A program made the position numbers and the translations under genes. DNA of 63,369 nucleotides, the filler included, from Reticulomyxa filosa (Eukaryota > Protista > Foraminifera): NCBI GenBank assembly GCA_000512085.1. It is 18 parts of 18 records of this genome, joined end to end, with 100 filler letters (N's around TTAATTAATTAA, not from the genome) between each part and the next. Parts side by side here need not be neighbours in the genome. Positions count along the whole stretch, not along the records: positions 60,577 to 61,666 come from ASPP01020710.1; positions 61,767 to 63,369 come from ASPP01002544.1; 16 more parts are not named here. One strand, given 5' to 3'. Within the stretch, counting starts at the first letter, position 1. Every line of letters starts with the position of its first letter. This document shows positions 61,108 to 63,369 of this stretch, piece after piece. A model generated the notes under the pieces. It had not been told where the DNA came from, did not search any database, and saw nothing but the letters and a program-made list of their open reading frames with translations.

Positions 61108-61575
61108 ATTGTCTTCATCTTCCTCCACAAGAACTCCAACCCATCGCTCGACTACGACATTAAACGGTAACGTCGCTGGCTCAAACAACAACAATAACAC
61201 AACAAGCAGTCTGACAAATGGCATTGCAAGCACGACCTCAATGTCGACGTCAACATCAACGACACCCACGCCGACATCGATGCCGTCACTCGGAAGCGGT
61301 AGCTTTGTCAACACCACAACCAACGGTAACGACATGGTGGCCGCAGTGCCGCCACTCAAGTCGACGGCCGCTATTGCCGCGGGCATTCAATCGCCCTCGC
61401 CCAATTCCAATGTTCCATCCCTGGTAACCCCTACCAATTTCAGCAATATTATGTCGACAACAAATCCAAACCCAGCCAATCCCTCCTTTGGCATGACAAC
61501 GACACCCCAGTTGAATAACGTATTGGCCGTTGTCAATACGATGATCCAATATCCGCCACAATTTGGAGTGACTGG
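60577..61575 (+). CDS. Internal exon encoding a low-complexity S/T/N/Q/P-rich region
   Basis: Approx. 1-kb open frame ending at a GT donor before a (TA)n tract. Confidence 0.6.
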
Positions 61576-61621
61576 TACGAATTATACGTACATATATACA
61601 TATATTTATATATATATATGT

Positions 61622-61666
<45 letters not shown>

Positions 61667-63369
61667 NNNNNNNNNNNNNNNNNNNNNNNNNNNNNNNNNN
61701 NNNNNNNNNNTTAATTAATTAANNNNNNNNNNNNNNNNNNNNNNNNNNNNNNNNNNNNNNNNNNNNCAATGCTGCAATTTGTTTGTCCTTGAAAGAAAGA
61801 CATTACACATATTAACTGAAAGTAAGTCTATCATTGTTTTAATTTATTATTTGATATAATTTTAGTTTAATAAATAACTGAATAACACACAATTGGCTTT
61901 CATTTAGTTGACAAAAACTGGGTCATTTTTTTTAAACAGGTTCAAAAAATTAAAAAATGATCCACAATTGATAAAAAATAACACACAATTTTTAAAAAAC
62001 AAACAATAGTCACAAACTGCAAAAATATCAAAAATTGGACAAAAATGAACAAACCAAAAACAAACATGTAAGTTTTTTCTATCAAATATTGAATTACAAT
62101 TTTAATCTTTGTAAATAGTGTTGTCACTTGCATGATACCATGTGACAAAAATGATTTGTAATTCACCCGATGAATAAGAATTCATCAGTTTTATCATTTA
62201 TCAAGCAATTTCTTGTCTCTTTCTCACTCTTTTTTGCTTTTCGTTGTTGAAAATGTTCATTTTTTTATTTATAATTATGATTATTTGTTTTGTATTGTAC
62301 TATCAGTGATCGCTTCAAAGTTTGAGGTGTGTTCCCACAGTGAATTTAGATTGGTATCAGTTACCATTATGCATTGTTCCATACAACACTTGTTATTTGC
62401 TTTCTTTATTAAACATTCAAATAACATTGCAACTTTTGGATCGTTCATGATTTTTTTTCATCACTAGTTTGCAAGACATGAAATTAGATAACTTGATCTA
62501 TTATTCCTCATTTGAACATATACATTTCCCTTGGCTCTTTACAATCGTGTTCAATTATTATTCCTAGAAGTTTCCAAACATTTTTATCAACAAAAATCAA
62601 AAACATTGTTTGATATCGATTATTGTCTTTTTTTTCTTGAGCAGCAATCCCCATACTTTGCATTTATAATAGATGTGATTCAAAAAAAAAATACATCATC
62701 TTTGGAAATGTAGTAGCAACGCAGGAAAAGGGTTTTTTTGTCTTTATTTACTACTCGGTACTACACAAACAAGTTTTGTCCAAAAAAAAAAACAGTAGGA
62801 TGGACTAGTAATGAAGTTTAATGGTTTGATTACGCTTTTTAAGTAAGTCTTTCTTCAAAGTAGTTTTTTTGAGAGATATGACCCCTTTTAGCGTCCCAAC
62901 TTTAATCAAAAAATGTTCAATGCATCAATTATATTCATAATTGTTAAACGAAATTATTTCATGATACTTGGTTCAATTTTTTTCAGCTTGTTCAAAAAAA
63001 TAAAAAATGTGTTGAACAGAAGAACCAGCAAAAAGGATTAGTCCAAATTTTGTTATATCTATGATACTGTTTTTTTATAACGCAATGTTGCTATTTGTGC
63101 TTTTTTTTTGTCATCTCACATAATGATTCTAATTTTGAAACCCAGAAACTTCATTGTTGTTTTTCATTTGTGACAGTTTTCAAAATGTAACTTTTTTCCC
63201 TTTTTTTTATTGGATGACTTATGCATTGACATGAAATAAATAAAAAATGATGATAAGATCACAATAATCAGTCATCATATCAAATTTCGCATTAATTATT
63301 TTTTTAAAAGTAAATAATCTTTGATATTAAGAATATTAATGTTGTGGGTCATTTTCTTGAACTTGTGGG

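Noticed and set aside
61767-63369. Possible minus-strand NACHT/HEAT-family pseudogene
   Set aside because: Only vague fragments with many stops; cannot be supported by eye.
1-63369. Alternative (ciliate-type) genetic code as an explanation for broken ORFs
   Set aside because: Conserved genes read through in the standard code once GT-AG introns are removed, and they end at TAA, TAG or TGA.

Overview
The window is not one locus. It is 18 unrelated short contigs joined by 17 artificial 100-nt linkers (N44-TTAATTAATTAA-N44), so adjacency across a linker means nothing. Seventeen contigs are AT-rich, intron-containing eukaryotic DNA in the standard genetic code. Their expanded Kelch/TPR/HEAT-like families, pseudogenes and poly-T/poly-A/(TA)n introns resemble the foraminiferan Reticulomyxa filosa (inference from gene-family style). 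Recognisable genes after manual splicing: a PHD-finger gene absent from the ORF track, an RBR E3 ligase with a FYVE-like finger inserted in its IBR and a CaaX end, a QxxHH (delta-9-type) fatty-acid elongase, importin-alpha, a RING/TRAF-TM-TPR protein, four Kelch paralogs, CAP-Gly fragments, an EF-hand-repeat/RPEL/coiled-coil protein, an RNB pseudonuclease, a pentameric ligand-gated ion channel, a striatin-like WD40, an ArfGAP, an ABT1/Esf2-like RRM and a ubiquitin-like fusion. Decayed Tc1/mariner and CRE-like non-LTR elements are also present. One GC-rich contig (58512-60476) is a bacterial IncP-6/IncU-like plasmid backbone (parA-parB-parC-rep) with a readable antisense-RNA copy-control locus. 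No single multi-gene novel system can be proven from the sequence. The best candidates for new biology are the RBR-FYVE-CaaX ligase, the inverted (U-rich 5'/A-rich 3') intron architecture, the shuffled repeat-protein repertoire with a shared helical module, the RNB pseudoenzyme and the EF-repeat/RPEL protein.
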